DNA of 64,000 nt from Eledone cirrhosa (lineage: Eukaryota). This document shows positions 1 to 14,029 of the stretch, in pieces. Position 1 is the first letter of the stretch, and every line of letters begins with the position of its first letter. Position numbers and translations under genes: made by a program. Location: NCBI GenBank assembly GCA_964016885.1, contig OZ024741.1:149854001-149918000 (forward strand), written 5' to 3'. The notes below the pieces were generated by a model, which was not told the DNA's origin, did not search any database, and was given only the letters and a program-made list of their open reading frames with translations.

Positions 1-1670
1 AAGTGGTGGATAAGTAGGGAAGAAAAAATGCAAAAATTAATAAAAACGAAATACTGGTAGCTACTCGAACACAAATTATTTTTCTTAATATAGCGAAAAC
101 TTATATATTTTTAATATTCATAATTAAAGATGAAAAATAATTATAAAATAGCAATAAAAAAAAAACAACTGACGACAGGTTTCTGTGATAGTTACACACG
201 ACTCAACTATCGGAAAGGCATTTTAGTTTTGACTGGGAAATTAATAGATTATTTTGTTACGAAAAATATTTCAAATGCGTAAAATGACCTTATATTTTAC
301 CCACAAAAAGCTTCGTAGACAAAAATGAAGGATTATCTGGAGTCCTCAGGAGATATTTTGTGGACTCCAGATAGTGTGAGAGTAACTTATAAGCTTATCT
401 ATGTGTGAGGGTACGACTAACTCACTATGGAGAGAACACAAAAGAAGAGGATATTTTCAAACTGGTACTTTGTTGTTCACCGAATTTTATATATCATACT
501 ATATATATGTGTGTGGGGTGCCGAAGTTTTACATACATTTGCGTGTACACAGCGAAGTTTTATATATATATATATGTATGTATATACAAATCCAAGTTTA
601 CATATATATGTTTGTGTGTTCACCAAAATAAATTACACGTTGAAGTCCAACCCAATAACAATATGGCTGAGAAGAAAATACCTTAGGGAAAATTTCTGCA
701 TATATATATATATAAGGTAAGGTCTCAACATATTCAATATGTGAGATCCAACTAATTAATTTTGTATATATTTCTTTCTAATCAATAAAAATATAAAGAC
801 AATGGGCAGGCAGTTCATTAGTTTCATAACCAGGTTTCCAGCCATCCTTTTTCAGCATAGCAACATACAGTCGATTCGATTTAATCGTCTATAGTAACAA
901 CCCCTCATCCTTTACTAGAATATAAAAACATTGTTGGTTTCAGTCCAAATAAATCGATATTAATATTAAATAAAGGGTGCATAATACACAAGTTTCTGTT
1001 GCAAGTGGATAATTTTCGTCATTCGTTTGGTCTTGTTATATATATTTAACACTTTAAACTACAATTATGATACTAATTATTACTCCTTAACAGAAAATTT
1101 ATATATAAATAACATAGAATTTTATATTGACAAGAAGAAATCAGAAAATATTAAAGGAAATTATGGAAAAAAATATAAAACTGGAGAAAAGAAAATATAT
1201 TTTTGAAACTAACGAAAGATGGAAGGAGAGAAAAATGAACCAAGCAAAGGAAGAAGAGAAAGTGTTTTTTTTTTTAAAGATAAACAGCAGTTGACTACGA
1301 ATGTGAAGGTTGGTTGTGAAATGTCTAGCGGTAACCCCCAACTCAATAATTGGCTTGTCTTCCTCGCTAGTTCACCGTCCTTATTTGATTATTCGTTCGT
1401 TCATTCCTTCCTGTTTTTATTCTTCAACATTTCAAAGATTTCGGAAGAGAAAGGCGCGTATAGTAATATATAATGTTATATATACCCGCCTTGCGTTGGA
1501 AGTGAAAATTGTTTTTCTTATGGTTTTTTTAACAAATCTAGCCTTTAAAACCGTCGGAAATTGCTTGTCTTTTATTCAATTGGGGTGGGCGACGACACCC
1601 TCAGAATTCTCGGGTCTGGAGGTGATCACTGGTCTCGCTTAATATGTATATAGATATATATTTATATATC

Positions 1671-1778
1671 TATAGAGTGGGTATATATAATATTTATATA
1701 TCTATACCCACTCTATATCTCCCCATGTATCGAGTACTCATGATTAGTGGTCTCCTCGGTCCCAACACCGCATACTCT
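1671..1778 (+). mobile_element. Very short 3'-terminal fragment of the putative Penelope-like family seen at 56.7-56.9 kb, with a 15-bp inverted arm
   Basis: TATAGAGTGGGTATA (1671-1685) is inverted at 1703-1717. It shares TACCCACTCTA and GTATYGAGTACTC with 56828-56860 and ends in (TA)n. Confidence 0.45.
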
Positions 1779-2189
1779 ATATATATATATAATTAGAATT
1801 TTATTTCTCGCTCTAGCACAGTGAAAATAATTGAAGTGAGATTTGCAGCTTGTGTAGAAACTTTATTTGCATATTACAATTGTTTCAATATCGATATATT
1901 ACATATATACGTGTGTGAAATGTAGATAGATTACGCTTATGTTGACGAAAATCTAATACTTTTCCCAATTCGTTCTTGTATAAAATCTGATATTATCAAC
2001 ATGAAATTGGAAGTCATAATGAACAAATATTTGAGATTATGTTTAGCCTACTACAAACACAACGGAACTATATACAATAATAAAATTTTAATTTTTTTTA
2101 AATATCAACGTAATCGTAAAATACATCATGGAAAATGTATTTATGAAAAATTTCGTTAAAAAATATGCATTATTAAGAAAGTTATGAAG

Positions 2190-2830
2190 ACACAAAGTTA
2201 GAGTGGAGGTGGGATGTCGAGAGAGAGCAGATATAATATGGGGTGTTAGTGAGAGACAGATAATAAAGAGGAGATATGGTATAGAGTGTTAGTGAGAGAC
2301 AGAGATAATAAAGAGAGGAGATATGGAATGGAGTGTTGGTGAGAGAGAGAGAAAGGAGATATGGTATGGAGGATAAGAAAGAAAAGAGTGGAAGAGAGCA
2401 CACAATTCTCGTTCGAGGGTTTAAAGGTGAAAAAAAAGAAGACAGATAAAGATAGGAGAAACGAGGGAACGAGAGCAACGAAGCCGGACAAAAAAATATA
2501 GCGAGAAGGAAAGAGGAAGACAGACAAAGAAATGTATGGAGGTAGATAGAAGGAGAAAGAGGGAGGGAGTGGAAAGAGGAAAACTGCCAGAGATGTAGGG
2601 AGGTAAAAGGAGAAAGTAAGATAGTAGACAGAGGGAAATGGACAGAGAATTGTATGTAAGTAAGAGGGGAGAGAGAGGTAGTAGAAAGAGGAAGACTGAG
2701 AGAAAAATGTAACCAGGCAGAAGGAAAGAAGGTAGTAGTAAGAGGAAAACAGAAATGTATCGAGGAAAGAGGAAGACAGACAAAGAACTGTAGGTAGGTA
2801 GGAGGAGAGAGGAAGGTAATTGAAAGAAGA
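2190..2830. repeat. GA-rich degenerate tandem repeat / low-complexity region
   Basis: Recurring GGAAAGAGGAAGACAGACAAAGAAATGTA and TTAGTGAGAGACAG units. Confidence 0.7.
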
Positions 2831-3699
2831 AGATAAACAAAGAGTTGTGGTCTTGTTAATGTATCTATAGTTGTATGACAGACAGAAGGTGTGATGGTAG
2901 CAGTACAGATGGAGGTTAGGTACAGAAGAGTAAAATAGTGGCGTGTTGTTTAGCTGTAAGATACACCAAGGTGGTGGTTGTTGCTGTTTTTGTTTTAACG
3001 CCATGCTAGACCTGATCAAGCAAAGTTATCAAAGGCGTTATACCCATAGCCATCTTATAATTAAAAAGCAAATTTGTCTTGTTTTAAAGGTATGGTTTGA
3101 TTTGAGGGATATTTGGCTTCCTATTTCTAGTAGGTCCAACGATTACGCTAATTTCTTGTTTAGCCAGAAGGGTGGGGTGAAAAACATGCGAGAGAGAGAA
3201 AGAGTGTGTGAAATAGCGAAGGAGAAATAACGAAGGCGCATGTATGTGCGTGTTTAAGAGATTGTAAACAGTATAATAGACGGTAGGGTGTGATTTGAGG
3301 AATATTTGGCTGCTATTTCTGGTATGTTATATGACCACAAGAGGCTCCCTCGTTCGCTCCTGGTATTTACAAGTTCAACCGGGAGATGAAGTAACAAATA
3401 ACATGAAAAAGAAGAAAATCTTCGTTAGGTCTCCCGCCTGTCATGTCATTTAAATGAATAAAGCTTTGAAATAATTTTACTAATTGGTGCAACAGCAACT
3501 CAACTAAAATAATTCCAAGTATTTATTTAGCCAAAAGGGCTTGGACATAAAATACGATAAACACTCTATAAACATAAGCGATACAATACATGTAGGGATG
3601 GACAAAGACACAACAGACGGATTAAAATTTATATGCCGGTGTGGGGTTGTATAGTTTGGCCTGCATTCACTGTCATGTCGCCAGAGCGCAGGCCAGTAT

Positions 3700-4140
3700 C
3701 CCCGACATGCTGCTCTCAACGACATGAGAAGGAGCCTGGATGCAACCAGTTTCCCATCACAACTGGAGACAGCAGGTCTCGACCGCGGAGAAGGCAAGCG
3801 TCTCGACGGAATTACTTCCCATTCGAAGGAGGTAAATCCCTCATCTGGGACGCGACATGCTGTAACACGTTCTCCGCCTCTAACTTAGTCACTTCGACCA
3901 CAAACCCCGGTACCGTAGCCCACAGTGCCAAAGGATAGGAAGACAAGCATGGCCTCGTCGCCCGCTTCCTCTTTGTACTGGTTGTCGTCGAGACCTCGGA
4001 CTTCGTACAATCGAGCTCTTCTATAAAATCAGAAAGTCAGCAGCCCGTTTGAGAAAGGTGAGGTGGTTGTTACAGCGGGTGCCGCTGGCCATTACCCGCG
4101 GGTTACAGCCGAAACACCGCCCCAATCTAGGTGTAGAGTT
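3700..4140 (+). mobile_element. CRE-like non-LTR retrotransposon 3' fragment (restriction-like endonuclease), degenerate
   Basis: Frameshifted peptide KRLDG..PFEGGKSLIWDATCCNTF matches the RPDG...WD.T RLE motif. A related copy lies inverted at 5640-5910. Confidence 0.7.
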
Positions 4141-4649
4141 TGTCACCCTCTCCCTTTTCCCCTATCTTTCTTCTTTGCCTAACAGTCCTTGCTAATTCCC
4201 TCCTTTTTTTCTCATTCATGGCATTTATAGTCCTTTACTTTCCTATACAGCCAGATTTGGCCTTCTTTACTCCTTCCGCCTTTTATTTCATTACTTAATT
4301 TTGTTTTTACCCTTTGTTAATATTTTCCATCATTGTATAACTTTTGTTTGTAAAATATAGTTGATCTATTTAGTATAAAATACAATAATTAACACAAGGT
4401 CAACCCACATTTCAGCTCTCCCATCACATTTTCTGGGGATTATCGAAGTCACATTTCGTTATCAAAACTATAAATCTACTTTTCGGGTGCTAGAAAAACC
4501 CCATTCTTTCTTCCATCCCATCCACATATTGTGTGGGGTTTGTCTCCTCTAAAATCTAAATAGGCCGTTGTTACTGGTTCTGACCCCTTTGTATAATACT
4601 TATAACGAATGTACAATACAAAATAACAACAAAAGTATAATGATAAATA

Positions 4650-5000
4650 TTGTTTCTACTTTTGGCACATGGCCAGCAATTTGAAGAGGAGAAGGAAAAT
4701 AGATTAATCGACTCTTAGTGCGTCACTGGTAGTTTTAACGACCCCGTAAGGATGAAAGGCAAAGTTAACCTCGGCGCGATTTGAAACCAAAACGTAAAAG
4801 GACGACGCTAAAGATTTCTGATCTAGGCACAAGGCCTGCAATTCGCGGGGAGGGGAAAGTCGATTATATCAACCCAGTATTTGACTGGTATTTTATTTTA
4901 TTGATTCCGTAAGGATGAAAAGCAAAGCTAACCTCGACGGGATTTGAACTAAGAACGCAAAGGGACATAACTAAATGTCGCAAAGCATGTACAACGCTCT
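4650..5000 (-). mobile_element. Two adjacent diverged tRNA-derived SINE copies
   Basis: GGATGAAAGGCAAAGTTAACCTCGGCG..ATTTGAA core occurs twice and matches the cleaner copies at 6771-7185. Confidence 0.8.
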
Positions 5001-5639
5001 ATAATAACAATAGAAAAAGTAGCTAAATTTCCTTCAAATCATACAATAGTAGTCTTCCAAATATGAGGGATACCATTAGTATGGTTATGAATCAGGGCTG
5101 ACCTGGGACTAAATAGCAACAGCAATGGTGTGTGTGAGAGAGACAGAGATTTAGTCAATCATATCGACCCCAATATTTATTTCTTTTCAAGTCTGGTACT
5201 TCTTTTATCGATCTCTATTTTGCCGGACTGCCAGGTTACGGAACATGAACAAACAGTAAACGAAAACGCAGACACGGACACATATATACACATACATATG
5301 ATAGGCTTTTACGCAATTTACGTATATTAAATTTTAGTCCCAGGCTATACTTGAAATAGGATCGAACGCGAAACCACGTGGTTGTGAATCGAACTCTTTA
5401 ATCAGACAGCTATGCTCGTGTTCCTCCTCTTTCTCGGATATAATTGCACACAGCAACAACGCACTTCAAGTTTCTTTCTTTGATGGTCAAAGGGAGATTA
5501 CTCGCTTATATGTTATCAACAAATATATTCCATCACCCATTTCTGTAATAAAAAGAAAGTAACATTGTAAAATACTATAAATGAGAGGGAAAGGGCAAGG
5601 ATTATTAAGCAACGAAAGAAAGTGGGAAGGGGAGAAAGT

Positions 5640-5910
5640 AACAGACTCTAGACCTAAGTCAGAGTGGTGTTTCGGCTGCGCCCCACGAACAAAATAGCCA
5701 GCGACACCCGCTGCAACAGCCACCTCACCTCGTGGCTTCCTCAGACGGGCTGCTTTCATTCCGATTTTACAGAGGAGGTCAGTTGCATGGGGTTCGAGAA
5801 TGCATGAGGCCTCGACGGTGACAGGTATTTGCTTATCTTCCTGTCCTCTGCATTGCAGGCCGCGGTACCGGAGTTTGTGACATAAGCGACTGGGCTGGAG
5901 GCGGAGAACG
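5640..5910 (-). mobile_element. CRE-like LINE 3' fragment
   Basis: Reverse-complement similarity to 3900-4140 (CAGCCCGTYTGAG, CAGCCGAAACACC, CTAGAGTYTGT). Confidence 0.55.
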
Positions 5911-5929
5911 AAACAATTCTTACGATAAA

Positions 5930-6068
5930 CAAACACCGCATTCTTTTACTAGTTTCGGTCATTAGACCGCGGCCATGCTAGGATACTGCATCGATTTAGT
6001 AGATCATATCGACCACAGTAGCTATATTTTCAAGTCTGGCACTTATTTTATAGATGTGTTTGTGTTGA

Positions 6069-6114
<46 letters not shown>

Positions 6115-6250
6115 CTTGTTTCTGCATACAAAATTCCATTCACATTGGTCAACCTCAGGCTATAGTTGAAACACTTACACATGTTGCCATGTAGTGGAAC
6201 TAAACATGAAACAACGTGGTTGTAAACGAACTCCTTAGCCCTACAGCCAC
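5930..6250 (-). mobile_element. Second SINE-like interspersed repeat with internal (CA)n
   Basis: Shares GATTTAGT..ATCATATCGACC, AAGTCTGG(T/C)ACTT, CAGGCTATA and ACGTGGTTGT with 5148-5420. Confidence 0.5.
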
Positions 6251-6770
6251 GCCACAGTGTCAGGTGTTTTATTTTTATTATTATTCATTTTTAATTAGTT
6301 TTCTTTGACAAGATAATCTTACTTCGTACCTTGACGTCTCAAGTATATAATTTTCACAGGAAACCTTGGTACTGCAACTTTATGCTGCATCTCTGTCACT
6401 TACGGCGACGAATGTTCCAGCTGTTAGAATTATGGAAAAATATTTGAAATTAACTTGCAAATGGTTGAGTAATCCATAGATATGTGTATCCTTAATGTAG
6501 TTCTTAGGGAGATTCAGCATGACACTGTGTGGGATAAGATCTACTCTTTACATTACAGGGGCAACTAATTTATTTCCAGCTGATTGGACTGGAGCCACGT
6601 GAAATAAAATGTTTTGTTCAAGAACACAATAGGCTGTTGGGAATCGAGCTCATGGTCGCCTAAACACTAAGTCACACGCATTCACTGCGGCTTCATAATC
6701 TCGTATCATCAATTTCTTAACCCTTTCAATACCAAACTGCCTGAAACAACTTTTGTTTCTGTAATAATAA

Positions 6771-6953
6771 TAATTGTTTCTACTTTTAGGCACAAGGCCA
6801 GCAATTACCCAGTGCATTACTGGTACTTTATTTTATCGACCCCGTAAGGATGAAAGGCAAAGTCAACCTCGGCGGGATTTGAACTCAGATCGTAAAGGGA
6901 CGTAACTATGCTGTAAAGCATGGCGTCCGACCCTCTACCGATACTGCCAATCC
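6771..6953 (-). mobile_element. tRNA-derived SINE (octopus-type)
   Basis: Near-exact reverse complement of 7005-7185, with A box TGGCAGTATCGG and B box GAGTTCAAATCC. Confidence 0.9.
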
Positions 6954-7004
6954 ATAATAATAATAAAAAGAAATGTATATACTTATCTAAAATTCTTTCA
7001 TTAT

Positions 7005-7185
7005 GATTGGCAGTATCGGTAGAGGGTCGGACGCCATGCTTTCCAGCATAGTTACGTCCCTTTACGATCTGAGTTCAAATCCCGCAGAGGTTGACTTTGC
7101 CTTTCATCCTTACGGGGTCGATAAAATAAAGTACCAGTAATGTACTGGGTAATTGCTGGCATTGTGCCTAAAGTAGAAACAATTA
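7005..7185 (+). mobile_element. tRNA-derived SINE (octopus-type)
   Basis: Pol III A box TGGCAGTATCGG, B box GAGTTCAAATCC, tail ...AAAGTAGAAACAATTAT. More than 10 related copies in the window. Confidence 0.9.
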
Positions 7186-8095
7186 TGATTTTATGTAAGA
7201 ATTTTCATTAAGGTATATTCCAAACACCAACTTAATAATGATAAAGTTAGTTATTTTACTAAATTCTTCCAAATTCTTGCTTAATTTCAAAATTTGTTTG
7301 GAATTGTCTTTAATTAGAAATATTCTAACAAAATCTTTGGGTGCTTTTTAATGAGAATCCACTCAATTGTCCACATATCGAGCAGATCTCCAGTCTGGGA
7401 ACCATCTTCACATCTGTGTTGGGACGCTAAAGTCCAACTTTGCTCTCTCCTGTTACAATTTGCTTTGTCTATTTCTTTAAACATACAGGACATCTGATTC
7501 TCTTGTGCGCGCACACCCACACACACACATATGCATACACGCACTTGCACTTGAGCATGCACATACATACACACACGCACATACACGAGCACGCGCATAT
7601 ACCACCATACACATGCACACACACATTAATGTATAGTCTTTGTGCATCAATGGATCAATTAAGAATTCAGAAAGAGAATGATTTCTAGTTCAAAACGTAA
7701 AGAGCAGGAAGAAATTTTGCTAAGCATTTGCCCAATGCTCTAACAATTCAGCCAATCCACTTAAGAAAGCTATGAGAAGGAGAAAGAAATAGTGATAAGA
7801 TAGTGAACAGATAGTTACACGAAGGGAGACAAAAACACAATTTCACAAAACATGGTATTCACAGTTACTTCCCCTAACAGGTGAGTAAATAAGGTGTTTT
7901 AATGTCAGCGGCATTGCATTCTGTCTAGCCAACACACTCAACTTATCAAATGCTCGTGTTTACCTTTTTGAAAACTAAGGTAATAGTTTTCGAAAATTGC
8001 ATAGAAGAAGGGGAAGCAACTCCTCACCTGCGATATAAACAATGACTTCGGAAATTTCTGCACAGAAAATCAGGAAATCGGTTATTTATATATAA

Positions 8096-8096
<1 letters not shown>

Positions 8097-8185
<89 letters not shown>

Positions 8186-8198
8186 GCTCTCTCTCTCA
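8097..8198. repeat. (TC)n microsatellite
   Basis: Direct observation. Confidence 0.95.
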
Positions 8199-8959
8199 TA
8201 TATAGTTATATAGTAAATGAGTGAAGACTAACGTGGTCGCTGTACAAACAATAGGGTTTATTTAAAGTACCAGTAGTGAGTGAACCCGAAGGAAGTGTGC
8301 TCCAATGATAGGCTGATGGGCATCAGCGACGGTGAATGTCCATGTACTGTGAGCCTCCGTGGAGGGAGAGAGTACGGTATCTGTAAGCTTTGATTGTAGA
8401 ATCATTGGCAGCTGTCACTGACTCCCCTCTTTATAACGGAGGTCGTTTGCAGATGCCGGGATGACACTGACTTCTACTTCTGTGTTCGATTAAGAATCTG
8501 ACCGGAGATCTGATCATAGACATACAGGACAGTTGATCATGTTTGCCGACCACCAGGGTGTTTATTGGTGGTTGGTCCTAGAGTCGATGATCAAGAGCTA
8601 TTGAAATTATATGGTTACTTGGTATCTTTTGCTTCAAATTTCTTGTGAAAGAAACACATATCACTTTACGTGACCTCGTCTTGTGGTTGACCTCGTGGTG
8701 TTGATTCTCCCTCATTACACCCTTTTCCACCTCTTTCCCACACTTTCACACTTCGCATCCCTCTTTACCCCTCCCTACTTTTCCCCATTTTTTAACCTCT
8801 CTTTTCCTATTTCTTTAACCTGCTGTCTTCCCTCCTCTTTTCCATCCTTCCTTCCCTTGATGTTTTTTCTCCCCTTCTTCCACTTCTGCCTCTTCCAACC
8901 CATTCTTTCCCTAACCCCCTTTACTCCACTTCCTACCCTCTTTCTCGCTTTCTTGATTT

Positions 8960-9745
8960 CACCCACCACTTTACCTACCATTTTACCCACAAATATCATT
9001 ATACCCACCATTTTACCCACATTAATTATTTTACCTACCACTACCCACAATAATCACCATTTTACCCACCATTTACCCACCTGTTTACCCACCATTTTAC
9101 CCACAATAATTATTTTACCCACATAATTACCCACAATTATTTTACCCACAATAATTATTTTACCTACCATTACCCACAATAATCATTTTACCCACCACTT
9201 TTCTCACAGTAATCATTTTACCCACATCTTTACCCACGCTAATTATTTTACCTACCTTTTTACCCACAATAATAATTTTACTCACCTTTTATCCACAACT
9301 TTACCCACAATAATCATTTTACCCACCATTTTATCCACGTTAATTATTTTACCTACAAACTACTCACAATAATCATTTTACCCACTAATTATTTTACTCA
9401 CCATTTTACCCACGCTAATTATTTTACCCACAATAATTATTTTACCTACCATTACCCATAATAATGATTTTACCCACCACTTTACCCACAATAATTATTT
9501 TACTTACCATTTTACCCACGCTAATTATTTTATCTACCACAATAATCATTTTACCCACTACTACCCACAATTATTATTTTACCTACAAAAATACCCACAA
9601 TTATTATTTTACCTACCACTTTACCCACAATAACTATTTTACCTACCATTTTACCCACAATAATTATTTTACCCACAATAATCATTTTACCCACAACTCT
9701 ACCCACAATAATCATTTTACCCACCACTTTACCCACTATAATTAT
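8960..9745. repeat. Degenerate minisatellite built from TTTTACCCAC(AATAAT/CA) units
   Basis: Dozens of TTTACC(C/T)AC cores at 12-30 bp spacing. Confidence 0.9.
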
Positions 9746-9764
9746 TTATTATGTCTCCAGCGAT

Positions 9765-10180
9765 TCTTTACTGAGACATTCTAACCACATGCTCATAATA
9801 TCGGAGTTGTGGTCTCTCAATTCGGAGAGCTTAACCAGGAGTGACTCTCTGGTCTCTGAGTTATGCACTTTATCGAGTAACGTTACTCCAAAAACCCTTC
9901 GGAGGAATCCCATTTCTGCCACTTTTATTTGCAATTGTATTCGTTTGGTCAAGATTCATGATCCTCGGTAAGAGTTGGCAGGAATACCAGGAAGACAGCG
10001 TGTTTGGCTTTTACACTTACCCTCTTTCATCTGATTGTTGAATGCTGAGGCTGGCGCATTACTGCATCACCTTTTGTAATTCTTGCACTTAATTCAGCCT
10101 CCTGCATTCCATCACTCATGAACACGGCTCCAAGATACTTGAACTTCTCTAACTGCTTCAGTAGAACTCCATTCACATGT
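9765..10180 (-). mobile_element. RTE-group LINE RT C-terminal fragment
   Basis: Peptides QLEKFKYLGAVF and AEMGFLRRVFGVTLLDKV. Homologous to 13700-13990. Confidence 0.75.
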
Positions 10181-10379
10181 ATATACATTTGAGGGAATTC
10201 TGTCCACCCGTCCATCACGCAATGTGTATGTGTGTTTGTGTGAATGTATGTGCGTGTAAAAGGAAGGAAAGGGATACACACATATATATGTCTAACTTAA
10301 AAACAGTGACACACACACGTGTCTCTAATTTAAGAACGCCGACAAACTCACGCGCGCACATACACACACTGTCCTATTA

Positions 10380-11065
10380 CCACTCAAGAGCTTTGGCCCG
10401 GGCAAACATCCCCTCAATTTTGGAACCGTCTGGGTTGTCCTGAATTGATGGAAAAGACTTGACGGTCTCAATCTGTGCTCTTGGTCAAGAGGCAGGTGCC
10501 TTACATGGGACGTCACAGTTAGTGACTCTTTTGCTTCTTCCCACATTTTGTATGCAGCGGTAAGGGCGAGGGCTACAGCATCCGCAGCTGAACGGAACAA
10601 AATCCTAAAATACCGTGTTCTGTCAGAAAACTACATTATCCAGCCTATGGCGTTCGAGACGTTTGGGGGAGTCGGGCTACTGACAGCGAGATTCTTATCT
10701 TCACTGGCGGCTCGCCAAACAGAGGTAACTGGTGATGCTCGTGAGGGCACTTGGTTGTTCCAGCACCTCAGCCTCGCCATCACCCCAGGTAACGCTGCGA
10801 GCGTGCTGGCCTGCCTCAAAAATTATTAGAGAAGTTTCCCAGTGCTCCTCACTATTTGCTATCTTTTGCTCTGGTAGCGGCTCGTTTTTTACTCTTTCGC
10901 CTGCATATTGTTCTGTGGCATAAGATGTGGGTATTACGTGCTTGTGTATTTTTTCTCTTTCTTTGTTTCCTTTCCCGTTAGTGTTTTCGTTCTGTAATCA
11001 TTATAGTAAATGAGTTAAAAAAAAAAAGAGTTAATAAATAAATAAAGATTTAATAAATAAATAAA
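10380..11065 (+). mobile_element. CRE-like LINE 3' end (RLE domain, 3' UTR, A/AATA tail)
   Basis: Peptide EPSGL*IDGKRLDG..W..GRCLTWDVTV..K..KY..PMAFETFG..LFQHLSLAI..GNAASVL, followed by A-rich and (AATA)n tail. Confidence 0.85.
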
Positions 11066-11944
11066 ACGTTATACTTGTTTTACCCTCCCATTTCCAATTT
11101 CACCGAACGCTGCTATCATGACTATGTGTGTGTTTGTGTAAATGTATGTGTGAATGTATGTGTATTTGTGTGAATTATGTCCGTGAGGGTGTATTTTTAT
11201 AAGTTTGTGTTTGCGCGATTATAGTTATATACTCATACATATAGATGTATGTACGTGCACACTCATACGCGCCAGCGTGTAGAAAATCATAATCTCTCTA
11301 TCTCTCTCATCACACACTCTCTCTTTCTATATATATAGTAGTTGAAGTGGTGGTGGTGGCGACGATATACCGGAAGTGCAACTTTGAAAAGAAGTCAATT
11401 TTAAATTATTTATTTTTACGAAATTATTTATGTTTACGAAATTTAGTACATAAATTATGTAATATTCATTCATTATTTATTCAAAGTAATCCAACTTATT
11501 TTACTAACTGGATTAAAAGAAATAAACCGTACGCAGTCCCGCAGACCTTCCTTTATTATAGTTTAAATTCCGGTGTGTCTAAAAATCGCTGATCGCTAGA
11601 AGCCACGTCACTCGATTTTAATTACAGTCGATACCCGACCAAATCATCAGAATATTGATTTGTGTACATGATACAGTGTGCTAGTATTTATAGATACATT
11701 GGAGAATAACATAAATGAAAACAATAACAACAACAACAACAACAACAACAATAATAGCAGTAGTACTAACAGTAGTACTAATAGGGTTGTGTACAGTGAT
11801 GAGGGGATAGAGGCGTATAATAGTAATGACAATAATAACAATATGGAGAAGGTAAGAGAAGTGGTGTGAAGAGATGATATGATAAGGAAGATATTTAAGG
11901 TAACTTGACAGTGTAATAAAATAGGATGAGATGAGGAGATAGTG

Positions 11945-12290
11945 GCGACATTCATGGTCACTCTCCGACAGGTTTGCGGTCGTGCCCTTGGCAGTATAGA
12001 CTTCTGGTGTCCTTGGTCCTAGAGATATCTCCCTACTCACCACCATAAGTGCTGAGCTGGCCAGCCGCAGGTGTGAGCCTCGCGAGTTGGAATGACTCTT
12101 CCAGCGCATTTCCCTTACCATCAGCCGGGGAAACGCCTTCTCCATTCTGCCCGCCGGTGCTGTGGGGAGGCCAGCACGTGGGACCCGATATGCTCACCAT
12201 ACAGAAAGATGGGGAGGGCTAGAGAGATGGAGGCGATGATAGTGGGAGATCGGCTCTTCCACGTTCGGACCATATCCTTGTGGTTGTGTT
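11945..12290 (+). mobile_element. CRE-like LINE extreme 3' fragment
   Basis: PLAV*TSGVLGP..LFQRISLTI.RGNAFSIL. A homologous inverted copy lies at 33310-33640. Confidence 0.7.
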
Positions 12291-12417
12291 CATTATCTAT
12301 AGAGTTCATTCCTCGGAATCGTCGCACCTTTTTATGTTTGGCTTCAAAACCGGTCGCAGAAAACAGTTGTAGAAATATGAAGGTTTGATACTACTAGCAC
12401 TCAGTAGGAGCAGTAAT

Positions 12418-12600
12418 AATTGTTGCTACATTTGGCACAAGGCCAGCAAAATTATCTCAGTGTATTACTAGTGCTTTATTTTATCGACCCGTAAAGATGA
12501 AAGGCAAAGTTAACCTCGGCGGGATTTGAACTCAGACCATAAAGGGCCGTAACTCTTTGCTGCAAAGCATGGCGTCTGACCCTCTACCGATACCGCCTGC
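12418..12600 (-). mobile_element. tRNA-derived SINE
   Basis: Matches the SINE consensus at 6771-6953. Confidence 0.85.
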
Positions 12601-13009
12601 TATTCTTGTATGTTGATTAGATCAAAGAGGAATTTTATTGTAAAATACAAATAAATAAACTGCAATCACGGCTGAATTTATCGGTGGGGGTGAATGCCTT
12701 AGATCCCCCCTTGATTCGAACAGGGAAAAGAAAGACAAACAATTCAAATACAGTGTGGTGAGATGAGTTAAATAGATGAAACGGCAAAATATAAAATAAA
12801 AAAAAGATAATGATAACAGATGGGTGATTACGGTTGGGGTATTTTGAAAAGTATTATCTTAATGGAGGTGAAGATTGATTGTAATGCTGTGTGTGAGAGG
12901 GGGTGTCTATAAAAAAAGCTGGGGGAGCGTCGTTTGATCTTATGTCCGATTGGTCAAAAGTATATTACTATGCTTACTATTGTTAGATGTATGAAGTTTT
13001 CACCTGACA

Positions 13010-14000
13010 CTCAATCGTAGTAAAGAGGTGAAAATTGCTTTGTTGGCTAGAGAATACTTTGCTGATTTCCTAAACCCGATCATAACAGCATCTTCTGATG
13101 TACAAGAGGTTCATCTAGGGGCGGTGACTAATGTCTCGGAGGTTGAGGTCACAAGAGTAGTTAAAGAGCTCAAATGTGGATGACTCGTGTGTGCCGGGTG
13201 GCCTAGACCTCTGGAAAGGCACCTAAGAAATGACAATCGGGAGTGATAATCCCAATTTTAAAAAATGGAGACAAGAAAGATTGTTCCAATTACAGAGGGA
13301 TCTCCTTGTTAAGCCTCCCCGGTAAAGTCTATGTTAAGTGTCAAAGAGATGTAGGGAGATTGTTGAGTCCAGTGTGGTTTTCGCCTCGGACCAAGCACAG
13401 CCGACAAAATATTCACACTGCGGCAGTTCTTCGAGACATTGGGGATTACTGCTAAGAGGTATATTCTTGTTTTGCAGACATTGGAAAGGCATATGACAGC
13501 GTTTCTCGGGATCTCCTGTGGGAGGTTGTGCAGGAGTATGGGATCGATGGTCAGCTTCTTGTTGCCCTCCTATTTATTGAACAGGATTGACATGCGAAGC
13601 CAAGTAGTATCACGACTGGCAGGTGTAAAATCAGTCGGCTGGAATTTGCAGACGACATGGTGTTACTTAATTCGACAGAAGGGGATTTCAGACTTGCACT
13701 TGATAGGTTTAATGCTGGTGCAGTAATGCACCAGCTTCAGCATTCGGTAATCAGAAGGGAGGTAGGTATAAAAGCCAAACTCGCTATCTTCAATTCGGTT
13801 TTCGTGCCAACCCTTACATATGGTTATGAATCTTGGGTAATGACCGAAAAAATTCGATCGCGAATACAAGCGGCCGAAATGGGATTCCTCCGAGGGGTCT
13901 TTGGAGTAGAGTAACGTTACTCAATAGAGTGTGTAGCTCAGAGATCAGAGAGTCACTCCAGGAAGAACCGCTACATTTCCGAAATGAGAGACATCGGTAC
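13010..14000 (+). mobile_element. RTE-group LINE RT fragments, internally deleted
   Basis: IIPILKNGDKKDCSNYRGISLLSLPGKVY, FADD, KLAIFNSVFVPTLTYGYESW, IQAAEMGFLR. Confidence 0.85.
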
Positions 14001-14029
14001 AAGAGATCGGAATCTATGGGCCTTGCAAA

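Noticed and set aside
165-235. CTGACGA...GAAA hammerhead-like words
   Set aside because: Stems I and III cannot be formed.
401-3230. Low-complexity ORFs (IYIY, SLSL types) here and throughout the window
   Set aside because: They are translations of microsatellites and simple repeats with no domain signal.
8205-8680. Possible solo LTR (also 11340-11650)
   Set aside because: No clear TG...CA ends, TSD or second copy.
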